This document shows, piece by piece, positions 38,001 to 52,000 of a DNA stretch of 64,000 nucleotides. A program made the translations under genes and the position numbers. Under the pieces are notes generated by a model. It did no database searches and was not told where the DNA came from. It worked only from the letters and a program-made list of their open reading frames with translations. Origin of the DNA: Geosiphon pyriformis uo1 (taxonomy: Eukaryota; Fungi; Glomeromycota); assembly GCA_016748015.1 (NCBI GenBank), contig JAAOMT010000183.1, forward strand, positions 508,887 through 572,886, in the 5' to 3' direction. The number at the start of each line of letters is the position of its first letter. Position 1 is the stretch's first letter.

Positions 38001-39169
38001 TCCAAGAAAGATTAAACATGTTTTTTTAAAGTGACATTTCTTAATGTTCAACTTTAATTCTGTTTTCCATAATTGTTAAAAAACTTTTTACAGGTGAATA
38101 AGATAAGCTTCAAAACTTGGTAAGTACACATCAGTGTTATCAAGATAGACAACTACTGCTTGCCACAAAAGTTCTTTATATACAACATCTATAAGTCACT
38201 AGAATATTGCTGATGCATTGCAGAGTCCAAACAGCATAATATTGAATTCATAGTTTCCTTTTTGAATGGTAAATGCTGTTTTGTGTTGGTTTTTTGGGTC
38301 CATTTCAACTTGTCAATATTCATTAAAGTTGAGAAAAACTTGGTTTTTTCTAAAGCATCTAGCATGTTATTAATTCTTGGAAAAGGATAGGCATCTCCAA
38401 TTGTTACATTGTTGAGCTAACAATAATCTACACAGAATTTGATTTTTCCATTTTTTTTTAACAAGAACTACTAATAAAGTCCAAGGACTTTTTGATGATT
38501 GAATCAATCTGTTATTGAGCATTCTTTGGACTTCTTTCCTGATAAATTGGTGGCTGGCAGGTGGCACTCAATAAGCTTGTTGATGTTTTGATAGAACATC
38601 TCTTGTGTAAATCTAATGTTGAACAATATCAGTTTTTCCAAGATCATTGTTGTCTTTTGCAAATATGTCAGCAAATTCAGCTATTAGCTGTTTCAATTGT
38701 CTTTGTTGTTGAGGTTCTAAGGGATTCATGTTGATTCAAGAAAGTTTTTCTTTTAAAAGGTGGTAGTTTTTAGTAGTAGAGATAATATTTGGATTTGGAA
38801 GTAGTATATGTCTTATAATTTCGATAAAATTAAAGACAATTTGAGAGTTTTCATCTTGGAAGATATTGCTGTATATGATTCTGATTTCTAATTTATTTAA
38901 TAAGACAATAGGGTAATTATTGGGGTTGTAGAATGTAACTCAAATTTTTTCATTTCTTGGAAATATAAACATTTGAAATTGAGATTTCATGCTTTAAACA
39001 AATTTGTTTATTGGATTCAAAAATTTGTTGGGTAGTAGTGGGTTTTGAGCAAGTGTAAATTTTATGATGTTCTCCAAAAGATGAAATGGTAATTGGTTGG
39101 AAAAGTTGAAAAATCTGGTGAAATTTATTCTGTGCATTAAAAGCTATGTTTACTGACACTGTAAATCGT

Positions 39170-39570
39170 CCAGTTAAACCAAAACCTTGAGTTCCTCTTT
39201 CATTTTTTCTCAATTGTTCTTTGTTTTTAACTAATTGTAAATCCAAAATGTTGATTAAGAGTAAGTAAATTGCTTGAGCAATTTTTTCAGCATGTTCTAT
39301 TTTGAATGGTTTCTTAGTTTTATTTTGTAGCATGACAGTAATGTCTCCAATATATCTTGCATCTATAACTCCTTCTTCTCTGACGTTGATTTTTTTGCTT
39401 GCCAATGATGATTGAAAAGCAATTTGTATTATTGCTTCTGGTGGTATTTCAAAAGCAATTCTAAGGTTGATTTTGGTTAAGATTTTTGGTTGAAAAACCA
39501 AAGTGTTTTTGCCAGGATATCTGAGGTCGTATTTTGCATCAATTTTATGGGCTTTTTCTGGTTTTATTTC
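39170..39570 (-). pseudogene. dUTPase domain of copy C
   Basis: PEKAHKIDAKYDLRY, (R)SSLA, GVIDARY.GDI, KIAQAI, ERGTQGFGLTG. Confidence 0.9.
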
Positions 39571-42500
39571 TTGTCCATTGTTGTCAAAGTATTTGAGTTG
39601 TATAGCAGACTGGTTTTCAGTAAGATAGATTGGTGTTGTTGTAATTTTTTTTTTTTGTTTTAGGTTTCTCAAATTCAATTTCTTCCTGGTTATTTTTATT
39701 GGGCAGGGGAATGCTAAGAGCATAGCATTCTGAACACTATTTGTCATCACAAAACATAATGTATTCTTCACACAATTGAATGTTCATTTGCTCTAATTGT
39801 TAAATTTGAGCTTTTTGGATTGAATATATGTGGCTTGCAATTTGGTAATATGTCTTTATTTTATCTTCATAGTTGAATTCAGCTAATTCCATTGTGTATT
39901 TAATGTACTCAGCTTTTTTCATTTGTCAGACATTTTTCTGTGTGGCTTCATTAATTAAAGCCATTACTAATCAAAAATTATTTCAGCATTATGAGGATAG
40001 TGGTAAAGTTTGTTGAAAGCACTATTGTATGCTGCATCAAAAGGTGTTCCTCTTTTAACTTTTTCTGAAATTAATAGAACATATTGACAGGTTTAGTCAA
40101 ATACTTCTTTTCTCATTGCAACATCAATCCAGTTGCATTTTTTTGGTAACATATCTCCACATGTCAGACAAGAAGTGTTGTCTCATTTTTCACTTCTTTT
40201 AGAATATTCAAATCGTTTTTTATGGTATGCTTTACAAAAGTAGCAGGTATGAGTTTTATATTTTTTTTCTGAAAAAATACATGTTCTTATTGATAAAAGT
40301 TTCTTGTTGCAATCTTTGCATTTGAGTAAGATATAAGATGGTTGTTTTTATGGTTCTGGTGTGGAATATCTAACTACATTCCATCTTCTGGTTTCTTCAA
40401 AGATTTCTTGTTCTGTTTTTTTAGTCATTGAACAGTAATCTAAGAGCCATAAAAGTTTCAGTAACTGGCAATTTTTTCTTCTCTTCAAATTCGAATATTG
40501 GGGCTTTTTCAGATTTTTTATTAAAGATATTACAAGTGGCAGGTACTCTAATGTATTGTCTCTGGTATAAAATCTTCAATTTCTGGGTTTTTCAATCTAA
40601 ATTTACATTGACCTTGAGAAGCCAATCATTTTCGACAAGAGCTTAGTATTGGAGTGTATTTATGACTAAAACTTTGACTGAAATAATAATTTCATCAATA
40701 ATAAATGAAAAATTGTTAATTTCTCCTACTGGTGTCTTTTTTATATCATCTGTTGTAACAATTACAATTTGAACTGGTCTGTTAACAGTTTTTTGAAGCT
40801 GTTGTATTAACTGGTAGGTGATAATACTTTTAGCTGATTTACTGTCTAAGATTAGCTGAATTGGTTTTTTTTCTACTTCAGCTTTTGTATACATAGCTGT
40901 AATTGCTTTTTGTTCATTGACTGCTGCATTGCTAAGCAAGAATAATGATTCATTTGCTTTAAATTCGAATGGAAATATATCTGAAAAATTGGTATTTTGG
41001 ACAATTTGGGCTGGTGAAATAGTATTGTTAAAAGGATTTGATCTTGGTGCTGCAATTTTATCTTTAGAAAGTGCAGTTTGTTGAAAATCTGATCCTTCAG
41101 ACATTGTAAGATAACTGAGTTAAATGTAATAGTGATTGGGTCTTTGCTGACCAGAATTTTGGGGGACTAACTGGTTGTTTGGGTTGATTTTGCTGTTGTT
41201 ATTCTGAAATTAATTTTGAGGTGTAAATTAGTTTTGTTGAACCAATTTTTGGACAGATACTTGGTATTGTTGTGTAGGTGGCTGTTAATACTGTTGAATT
41301 GATAGAGGTTGTTGATATTGCTGCTGTGAAGCAGGTTAATAGTAATTGGTTTGCTGTTAGGATCTTAAGAAATAGTAAGCTGGTAGTAACAGCTAATAAT
41401 AAGATTGCTGTGTTAAAGAGTAATGTTGATTACTCCTGTTTTGTTGGTCTCTTTGTAGCTTTTTGCAATCTTATTTCCAATGTTCTGAAATTCCACAATA
41501 ATAACAACTTTGGTTTTGACTGTTTGATGATAGTGAGTAGTTGGTTTGGTTTTGTTATTGTGGTGGCTGATATTTTTGTGGTTGTTGCTGTTGTTGCTAA
41601 TTAATAAAATAGTTCTCAACCTTCTTTGTAAGTTGGTTAATTTTTCTTCAGCTGTTAAGCTGGTTTTTCCAATAGCAAAATTTACAAATTTGATATGGTT
41701 TGCTTTTTCTATTGCTATTTTATAGTTCTTTGTATGTCTAATAGCTGTTGCTAAATTTTCTGGGACATGTGGGTGAACTTTCTTGATTAACTTGTCTTTT
41801 AATTTTGCTATAAACTGATTCAAAATCTGGGCATTGGAATAGTATTCATTGGTTTTCAATTGTCAAATTTGTCAAAAAAGTTTGTTGAATCTCCCAAAAT
41901 AGGTTATGACAGTTTCAAATGTTTCTTGTTTAATATTGCAAAAGTGATTGCAGAAAGTAATAGAGGTATTATTGTCAGTAAATTGTTGTAAGAAAGCATT
42001 TTTGAATGCTTGCCAGTTTTCAAATAATTTTTTTAAGTTTTTAAACCATTCTCCTGCAGTTCTTTGGAGAAAGTATGGAATTGCTTTGAGCATTCTTGCT
42101 GCATTTCAACCATTTGCATCTTCTGCTTTTTGAACTTTGTTAAGTTATTCTTGAAAGCTGGTATTATTATCTTTACTAGTAAATTCTGGGATTTTTGCAA
42201 TGTAAGCAGTTGCCATTTTTTCTTTATTTTCTGTAAGTTCTTCTGATTTTGATTCAGTTTCTTCACTTTTTAGGTTTTCTGAATAATTACTTTTGTTTTC
42301 CTGTAAGTAATCAAGAAGATTGGTACTGGTTAATATTGGTTTCTGCTATTGAGTAGGATTTCTAGATGACTAAAAATCTTCTGGTCTGAAGAAACAGTTA
42401 AGTAGTGAATTTGGTGTTTGTAGTTAAGCAAGTAAAATTGAAAATGGTATAATAAAAAGTAGTAATTTGGCACTGGTTCCTTGTTCAGGTGTTTGTAAGT

Positions 42501-42978
42501 GTTTGGTAGTTGTCTTTAATGTGTTTGGAGTATTTGAGATAGTACTTAAGTGTTTTTTCAGTTTTTGTTTGCTTTTGTTGCTTGTTTTTGTCTTTGATTC
42601 AAAATCAATAGAGTATTTAGACTGTACTAGATATGTTTTTTTACAATACTTGATAATGTTAAAATTAAGTTCTTGGAAGTAAGTGACAAGTGTTTTACTG
42701 TTAAGATTTTCAGTTTCCAATTGTGAATAGTGCACTAAATTATTGTAGAAGTTGCTTCTAACTTCTAAAATGTTGTAATTTCCAAGAAGATAATTGTTGA
42801 TGCAGTTTTCAATATACTGGTAAAGTGTTCTCTTAACAATTTCAATTCTGTCTGAAATGTTGAATTTTTGCTTTTAATGGGTGTAAATTAACTGATAATA
42901 CTTTAGAGTATATGTATCTGATGTGGTCACTATTTTGAATTTGTTGTTGCTGTGTTATTTCTATGAAAGAGCACCAAA

Positions 42979-43952
42979 TATTACCAAAGATTTTTGGTCT
43001 CTTTTTTTGAATGTTGTTAATGTTGATTTGCTGTGAATTCACGTTTTCAGAAAGTAGTTGGACCTCCAGTAACTGAATTTATCTTCAAATTATCTCCTAT
43101 AATTTGAACTGCTGGGCTTATAAGTGAAATGGCCAATTCTATGCCAGTTACTTTATGTAGTTACATTGTAGTAAACATCAACTTTTTCTCAGGAATTGCT
43201 TGTCTGGAATCTCACTAAAAATGTGTAGTTACTTTGCTGTGAAAGTCAACTCTTTTACAGAAATCTTATCTGTAGGCTACCCTAATGATTATGATAAGAA
43301 AAAAAAATAAAAAAATAAAAAAAATAAAAAAAATAGGATTTTATCAAAAGAAACGTTTTCTATTCAGGCCTGGAGTCATTAACAGATTACTGAAATTGGT
43401 AGCTAATCAATTTCAAAACGTTAGTTGTGTTGGAGAAATTTTAAGTGTAATAATTTTAAGAATTTGGTTTTTGAATATTTAATTTTTATTTGATTTTGTA
43501 AAAAAAGTAATTTGTTATAATTAAGATATCTGAAGTAAGATACTATGGTAAAATACTATGAAAAAATACATTTTCTTGAAAAGAAAAGCTTTTTTTTTAT
43601 ACAACTTGTTGTAGTACTAGTCTTCAAACTTGCATTTTTTTCTTTGCTACAATTTGGGTGAACTAAAGATACATTTTAGCAAACTACAAGTTATTTCACT
43701 AAATTATTGATTATTTCAGCCAATTTTCATTAATTTCGGCGAATTTTGACTATGTTAAATGGTTCAGAGTATTGTGTAATTTGATTATTTTAATTTCTAT
43801 TGTACAAATCGAATTATTGATTAAGTAATAATATTTGATAATTTGATTAAATAATAAGTGATAATCGAAATGATAATAATATATGCTAATTAATAATAAG
43901 AATTATGAAAGTAATTTCATTCTAATTAATAGCTAAAATTCTACTGGTAACA
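42979..43952 (-). repeat. 5' LTR of Gypsy copy C
   Basis: Direct repeat of 34070-35042; followed in element orientation by TTTGGTGCTC. Confidence 0.95.
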
Positions 43953-44239
43953 GCAGAAAAGTTTGTTTAAGATATGGTTCAATTCTTTCAAAATTTACAC
44001 AGATAGGTCTTTGCAATATGCTGGTTCTGCTGAAGTTGTTAATAGAGTGGTTGTTTATTTTTTAGCTTTAGATATAAGTATTGATGTTAAAGTGTGTGGG
44101 CTTTTATCCTTTACTATAGCTAAATTATAAACTGTTGCCTTAGCTTTGGAATGTGTTCTATTTTCTTGTACCATAAAACTGTATTTAAATAGCCAATTAA
44201 TAATTAATACATGTATTTCTAAAACTTTGTTTAATATAC

Positions 44240-46490
44240 TGTTACTTATAGAAATTTAGGAATTCTTAATAAGTATATAATAGCCAATCAGAAATAGATA
44301 TAGTAAAAGAGGAATTTTAGGATTTTTTTAACGAATTACAAAATTTTTGGCTAAAAAAATTAAAGAAATTCAAAAAATCTTGTATAATATTAATTATGTA
44401 TATATAGTGAGAGTATTAGAAACAGAAAAAGACAAAATTTAATTCAGAATTGATACCAACAATAAATTTATTTAATATTCTTCTCTTTAAAAAATAGTTT
44501 TTTACAACTTGAAGAAGAATCAATCACATATCAATAAAAATCCATTTTTTCCAAATTCATATTATTATTACTTGATTAAAACATATTGAAATCACTTTCA
44601 CTCTATTAACACTTTATGTTAATAAAATTTAATACTTAATTATACTGAACCAATAGCTTTTAATTACAGTTATTAATGAAATATTAATTTTATTGTCTTT
44701 TTTTATTTTTCTTTATTTGTCTGTTATTTTTTTTTATTTTGTTTTTTGTTGTTTACTAACTGATTAAAAGATTAACATACAGCATTATTAACATTAAGAA
44801 GTACTGGTAAAAGACTCGAGAAACAAGGATAGAAACTTGAAAATTGAGAATAGCTTATTAAAAAAAACTAGTCATTAAGCTAAGAAAAAAATTTATAAAA
44901 TAAACTTCCAAGAAAGTACTAAAACAATCATTGAATCTCTGTTTATTATACAAAAGACTTAACTAAAATCTTCAGATTACAAAAATCTTCAGAATTACCA
45001 ATATTATTAAGCTATTAAATACTAAGTTATGAGTTTGTTATTTGTATTAACACTCTAAATAATTATCTGTAACATTTGGTGTTTTTTGTAAGATATAATT
45101 CAACAAAAAATTAGCACCAACAAATCATTCAAAACAGTGACAGAGAAACAAATTACTTAAAATTCATAAAAGCTTTATTCCAATACTATTATACTTATCT
45201 TAAACTAACAAACAACAATTGGTCAATAAAATTAGTGTTCAATTGTTATGTCAACAAAAGAATTATATATTATTTAGAAAAACAAAGAGATTTAGAAACT
45301 GTTTTTAACAATTTCTATAGTAAATTACTCTAAAGCATTACATGTTTATCAAACTATCTGTTTACACTACTGATCACAGAAATAAACCAGAAAATTAAAA
45401 ACTATACACAACAAAAATTTTTTATTACTTTTGCTAAAAAGGAAAAAAAAAGATTATAAACCCCAGCAGAAATACCAAAGAAAACACAACCACTTACTTA
45501 GAAGAAACCAAAAGTTGTTTCATCTATTAACTTATTATATTACTATACTTTGAGAAGTATTATTTACATAACATCAGCAGTTATATTCACATCAACTATA
45601 AAAACATTATTGGCAAAAATACTATTTCAGAGTAAATAAAAAAAAGCTAAACTATTAAGAACCTATGGTAATTACTTTAAAAAATTTAAATTGTGACCAA
45701 TCACACTATTAGAACTTTAATTATTATCACCTTAACCAAATTTCAGATTAATCAATAACTAAACAGATACAAAATCAGAAAAAAAGAAAAACAACAATCA
45801 AGAAATTAATAACCAGAACCTAATTATAGATAAATCAGAATTACAAACTCTGATTGTTTAAACTTAACCAAACCTAAACAATTCAAAACTCACTCAGATT
45901 TTTTAATAAATCTTATCTTTAGTGATTATAATCAATCCACCAGTTGCATTAATAGCTGTTTAGCAACAATAACTTTAGTAACAACTACTATAACAGCAAT
46001 TACAACAACAATTATTACTTGTATCAATAGCCTATATACCAATTGTAAAACTTGAAAAATTCACTGACAAAGAAAATAACACATAAACATGGCTTAATAA
46101 TGTGGCAAAAGCCATTACAGTCAATAAATAAGACAATATTTAAGCTCTTTAGACCATTTTATACTTCTTATAAAATATTATTAATTCATAGTATTAAAGT
46201 TTAATAAATAAACTTTTAACTTTTGATGCATTTAAAACTGAATTTTTAAGATATTTTAGTAATAATAACAATATTAATTGCTTAATCATTGTCTTCACTA
46301 TTATCAAATAAGGAAATACTAAAACAGTTACTACTTATTTGAAATGCTTTTATAAAAATCTGCACCAAATATAAGCAATTGATACAAATTATTTTATAGC
46401 TTTACAAATTCTAAACCAGTTTATTCATGGCCTGTACAGTAGTTTTCTATAATATATATGCTTATTACATTTACAAATACTTGAACACAC
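44240..46490 (+). mobile_element. Truncated Gypsy copy E (5' LTR 44240-45074, PBS, gag remnant) inserted in LINE RNase H
   Basis: TGTTAC...TGTAACA followed by TTTGGTG; gag parallels 775-2120 (AYIPIVKLEKFT.., QILNQFIHGL). Confidence 0.88.
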
Positions 46491-46499
46491 TATTATATA

Positions 46500-48700
46500 T
46501 CTCTAAAACCAGAAAAAATCAGCCAAAAATTAATGTATTAACCAAAAATTAATTTTAACCAAAATTAGCCAATGTGTTTTTTTTGTTATTATATAGAACA
46601 AAAGAAAATTTGCACTTATAATCTTAATAAAACTGAATATTATAATTGGTTTAAATAATATAAAATTGACAAAAAAGCCAAAAAAACAAAAAAAAACTAA
46701 ACTATTATTTTTTACAAAAAAAAAACTTTAAAACATTAAAATTATCAAAAATACCAGAAAAAAAATCTTTTAATATTTTAAAAAAATTGTTAAACAAAAT
46801 ATTAAGAATATAAAAAAATTGTTTTTTGAATATTTTAGCTTTTTTGGTTATTTGAACAACAATAAATAAAAAAATATAAGAAAAAAATAGCTTTGTTATT
46901 GGTTTTTTATTAAAAACTTTAAGATTTTTAAAAAAAACAAGAATTATATTAAAACTATTTCAAATAAGTTGTTTTAAAAAAACTTTTAATTAAAGACAAA
47001 AAAATGTACTTAAAACAATAAAAGACTGTTTAACTACTATTTTATTTAAAAAAACTGCTTAACTATTATTTTATTTAAAAAAACTGTTTTTATAAAACAT
47101 TAATAAATAGTTTTTACAATTATTAGAATTTTACTAATAAAAAAGTACTAGTTGTTTTAAGTAATAAAAAAATAAAAGTGATACAACTTTTTTATTTTTT
47201 GTTTAGGTCATAAAATTAAAAGAGAAAAAAGTTTTAAATTTTTTAAACTATATAATATATATATAATAATTAATAAAAATTATAATTTTGAATCTGTTAA
47301 AAAAAAAACAATTTTAATAAAATAATTAACATAATATTAAATTAAAATAAGATTATTTAATATAAAAAAAATAAACATTAAATTATTATTAATTATTTTT
47401 TTAACAAAATTAATTTTTTAACAATTATAATAATTTTAAAAAAATCTTTTAATTTGTTATTAATATTAAAAATAAAAATAAAAATACATTAAAACCAAAT
47501 ATTGTTTATTTATAATATACCAAAATTAAATTTACAATAATTCATAAAATTTATTTAATAAAAATAAATTTAATATATTTTAAAATTAATATTTAATATT
47601 TATATAAAACTTTTTTAATAATAATTATTAGTAATATTTATTCTAATATTAATAACAAAATTAATTAGTCTAAATACAAAAATTTTATATTTAAAATTCA
47701 AATTAAAAACCAAATTCAAAATCTTAAAATATTAATTAAATATATTATAATATTATAATATTTATAACTTTAATTAAAACAATAATAATAAAATTTTAAA
47801 AATTATTTTTTTATTTAAATTTAAAACAAATAAATTTGGTTTAAATAAAAAAAAATTTATTATTATTATATATATAAAAGTAAAAACCAATAAAAATTTT
47901 ATAAAACTTATTTTAGACAATAAATTTATTAAAAACATTATTATTTTTTAATTAATAAATTAATTAAATTATTAAATTAATAAAATTGTCAATTTATTTG
48001 TTATTATAGCTAATAAAAAAAGATATTTATTAATAAAATCAATAAAATAGTTGTTAAAATTTTGGTAATAAATGCTGTTTAATATTAAGTTTTTATAAAA
48101 AATAATTGTTTTTCTAATTAATACTACTTTAGATTAAATTATTTAGAAATTACAATTAATTTATAAATACTTTAAAGCATTAGTTAATATCAATTAACTT
48201 TAATTTAAAATTAAAAACTTTACTAATTAACCAATTATTAAAACTTACCAAATTTTATGAACTAAAAATTATAAAATTGATTTATTATTTATTTTAAATT
48301 AAAGCACTAAAATTAAAACAGAAGATAAAAACAAAAAAAAACAATTTTAGATTACTATAATATCATAAGACTAAAATTAAAGATATTATTGCCCAAAGTT
48401 AGAGTGTTTAATTTGTTAGAAAATAATATTTTCAATAATTACTTGTATTATATCAGATAAAAATTATTAATAGTTTACTTATTACTATTGTAATTACTGC
48501 CATAAAAAAACTTATAATTATTCCAAATAACATGAAAAATAGAATAAAATTTTTGTATTGTCTTTAAAAAAATCTTAATAAATGTAATTAAATTGATATG
48601 TAATTTAGAAGAATTATCTGTAATTTAACTTGCCAATATACTATTCTTATTACTGATTGAGTAAAAAAAAGAATCTTTTTCAAAGCTGCATATAATCAGC
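46500..48700. other. Ultra-AT-rich low-complexity tract (probably terminally decayed repeat)
   Basis: Long runs with very few G/C and no ORF of 60 aa or more. Similar tracts at ~13000-13800, 24800-25490, 26920-28690 and 54530-55580. Confidence 0.6.
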
Positions 48701-49126
48701 CTTTTAACCAAATTCATTATTATTCCCATAATACCAATTAACTTTACAATATGATAAAAGCCAAAGTTCAAAGTAGAACTGCTGAAAAAATCCATTACTT
48801 TTTGAAATAATTGATAAAGTTGTTACTCACAATTCTTGAACTCTTTCCATGAATTTCAAAAGCATTATTAACAACTTTGCTTTAGTCATAAGGAACAAGA
48901 AGAATATTTGGCCCAAATTAATACTTATTTTTGGTGTTAAAACTGTAAGTCCCAAAACAATTATCTAGAAAAACCAATTCAATCTGAAAATGATCTAAAC
49001 CCTGAATTTGGAAATCTTAATTGACAATCAAGAAAACTATCGTTTTTTTCAGGGATGTGCTCCATTTTTCTTCAATTTTGAATCGGTGTTGATTAAACTC
49101 TTTATAAAATTTTCATACCCAGATAA

Positions 49127-49492
49127 TTTGTATTCCTTTACGAACTCACAAGTTCCGGGCGCTTTTCTTTAATACCTTTCCCCACATCACTGCCACATTA
49201 TTCTGCTACACCCTTTCCCATATTGTCAACACTATTGTGCATTTTCGCATTGCTGTACTCGATCTGGATTCTACAATCCCCGAAAACTACACGCTTTCAG
49301 GTGGGTTTTGGAATAGCAATCGCTGTTTTACCTTTTTTGTTGGCGATTAATGTCGACCCATTGGAAAAGTTATGGTGGGCAATACCTTTGTGTATTCTTG
49401 TTGTCGAATCCGTAGCATTGTATTGGATTAGGAATTTCGAAGAGGTCTTTGTAAGTTTAGAGAACCTCAAATATAAGTTAAAGGGGGCTTGA
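49127..49492 (+). CDS. Last exon of a small multi-pass membrane protein (5' exons unresolved; may be damaged)
   Basis: Three hydrophobic segments and C-terminus LENLKYKLKGA*; CpG-containing, gene-like composition. In-frame TAA at 49124-49126 directly after the nearest AG. Confidence 0.55.
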   Translation, partial: FVFLYELTSSGRFSLIPFPTSLPHYSATPFPILSTLLCIFALLYSIWILQSPKTTRFQVGFGIAIAVLPFLLAINVDPLEKLWWAIPLCILVVESVALYWIRNFEEVFVSLENLKYKLKGA

Positions 49493-49737
49493 TCAGATTC
49501 ATGAAAAGTCCGGGAAATATCTGGTTTGGTTTTGAATAGATGAAACCTGATTTTTCTTATTTGCTATTAATTCTTTCAAGAATATTTAAATTGTAGATTA
49601 TCTATTGTACATAAAATCGAAAGGCTTACTCAACGTTTACCAGTCATTGCATGATTTCTTTCGTGAGAATATAGAAGAACCCTTGAATACATGAAATCTA
49701 TCCATTTAAATTTTCGAGTTCCTGATTATAAACCATT

Positions 49738-51062
49738 CTATATTGTGGTTTTGTCTTTATTCTCCCAATAACCAGGTCCGTAGTTCACGAAAATTTGTTC
49801 GTGAGCCTTGGATTTTAATCAGCGGAAAATATCATTATTTTAAAATTCACAAATAAATAAGAAAAATCTGCATAACGTCCTATACTCTCACCTTAATGTT
49901 ATCCCGGGCGATGTAAAGAATTAACCAGCGATTGTTGTAGATTATATAAATACCTTCACCGTTTTGATTGTCTGAGATTCGAGAAATAGGAAGAAAATAA
50001 TGAGCAAACAAAATACGAAATCCAACTTTTCAACTTTCAAAGTTACCATCACGATGGTTGGCAAATCGCAAATAATTCCCTTTGTGCTTCGCATCGATAG
50101 CAACTCGAGTAACTTCCCCATCTGTGTCTGTGACATTAACAAGATAATTGTATTCCCAGGCTAAAAATGCAGTGGAAAATGAATTTTATAAATGTGAATT
50201 AGGCCTTTGCTGAAAAAAACTGTGTCCTTAAATACCAACCATAATCTAAATCAACCTGTTCCAGGGAATACACTCCTATTTAATAAACGTGTGAAAATGG
50301 CATATGTTCAAAATAATAATTCAAATATTTTTATATATTATTGATCAAATACCGCAGTATATACCGAGGAGCTCTCCTTCCTTTATATCGCGGCTGGCAA
50401 ACATTCCATAACGCACTACATCATTTACCCAACGAGCGTATACGCGCTCATCATCCATGTATGTTCCATTCTTTATTTCCTCTTCTATTTTCGAAATCTG
50501 AGGTTTATATTTCTCTGTGTCTTTGTATATACCATACAGAACATTTTGACCGATTTTGGTGCCTTCGTTATGAAGCAGTGTTTCCAGGTCGTGATTTTCG
50601 AGTAATTTTTCCACCTCTGGGACAACTTCCTGATAAAAGGATTGAAAAAATTGTATCAGGAACATCCCCCACGATTGTGATCGAATAAAATGATCAGCGT
50701 ACCGGAAAATGTATTGGATCAACATTAAATTCTTTCTTGAAATCCTTCATGAAAATATGTTTTAGCACGAATGCTCCATTGTCGAGATACGTTAATGAGT
50801 GATTTGATTTATCGACTAATTCAATCCATTGGATCCCATTAATATCATAGTCTTCTTGAATGATGCTGCATAATTTTTCTCTGCTATAATTTTCCCAGGC
50901 AAATAAACCCGAGACAAAGAGGACGAAAAGTGAGAGAATAGTAATAGGTTGGAATGTCAATGTAATTGTATAATTTTGAAATATGCAATTTTGGATACAT
51001 GAATCCTCGGATATAGATTTTTTTACAGCTATTGAAGAAATTTGAATATTTTCTTTGGACAT
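49738..51062 (-). CDS. SET-domain lysine methyltransferase-like protein (multi-exon; N-terminus ambiguous)
   Basis: Spliced YGMFASRDIKEGELLGIYCG-VYSLEQVDLDYAWEY...IDAKHKGNYLRFANH...WLILYIARDNIKAHEQIFVNYGPGYW. Confidence 0.88.
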
Positions 51063-51769
51063 TTTGACAACTTATCAGGACATTTTTCATGCCAATGTGA
51101 CTAAATACTGCCCAAGACCCAGAATCCTACATCAATTTAACAAATTTTCTGATATTAAATTATTTTTCAATGTTAAATCATATGAAAATTTTCATCTTTC
51201 CGACCACATTGTTATTTGTGTTTGCTTAGTAAAATCCCCGATTAAAAATGGTCAAAAGATATTTAAATAAATCGTTAATTGGGAGAGAAATTATCAGCCA
51301 AGTATCAATTCATTATAAATTTACTTTTTTCTTTGTTGTGAATTATTGAATTGATTTATCAGAGTCATGCAACATTGATTTTAATCGAGAATCAGACTTT
51401 TGAAAAGTTTAGCCATGAAGAAATTATTTATTAAAATATTAATCTAAGTTCTAATCTAGCATTGTATTTTTTTTTATCATTGTTGTTAAACTTGGTAGAT
51501 TTTACGGAATAAAAAATAATTTTATTTAAATTTTATTTTTGACGAAATTTTTGTTTAATACTTTGTTTATTATAAAGGGTTCTTTCCATTGGCTTATATA
51601 ACTACTGCACTAAATCACATGTAAGATAATAAACTTTATTAATCAAAGCTCCTGTTCTCCTGTTTAAAAACTTTCAATAAATAAAGGATATGTTTACCAT
51701 TATTTTCAATATTAAGTTTTACATTACTCCTTCATCTACCTCACTAAGTTAATTATAAGGTTTTGAGGA

Positions 51770-52000
51770 TATACAAATCCTAAAGATTTTTTTGACTGCC
51801 ACTTCCCTTAAAAATGCTCTATAAGTCTTTTATAGGATTTAGTTCGGGACTGTTGATTATTGTCTTGAAGAAATTCGTTGGCTGTACAGCTGTTACCTCA
51901 GATTCTCATATAAGACACTTTTAAATTGTTTTTAAATAACTTTTCTAATAATGTTGGTAATAATATTGGAGAATTCCTTCTAAAATATTGTCCTGATTTT
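51770..52000 (-). mobile_element. Short internally deleted Tc1/mariner transposase relic
   Basis: EFLQDNN abutting NSPELNPIKDL*SIFK at ~51815-51886 (cf. FQQDNA / SPDLNPIENLW); no TIRs seen. Confidence 0.45.

Larger units (their letters stand above)
34070..43952 (-). mobile_element. Complete degenerate Ty3/Gypsy copy C (second LTR family), 4-bp TSD GCAG
   Basis: LTRs 34070-35042 and 42979-43952; GCAG at 34066-34069 and 43953-43956. PBS ~42961-42976, PPT ~35043-35056. gag ~41400-42930, PR ~40560-40900, dUTPase ~39170-39570, RT-RH ~37336-38600, IN ~35850-37278, ORF3 ~35054-35730. Confidence 0.96.
28690..44239 (+). mobile_element. Near full-length degenerate LINE (ORF1 with CCHC; ORF2 APE endonuclease-RT-RNase H), split by Gypsy C and cut by LTR E
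   Basis: ORF1 from ~28857 to ~30740. ORF2 motifs IATCNI, LGG(D/N)FN, LDFIFV, TD(H/Y)KAV, IPKP, RPI.L, (A)FV(DD>NN)T, YLGIF. Frame resumes at 43953 with IYTDxSLQYAGS...ALALECV (RNase H). Confidence 0.88.
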
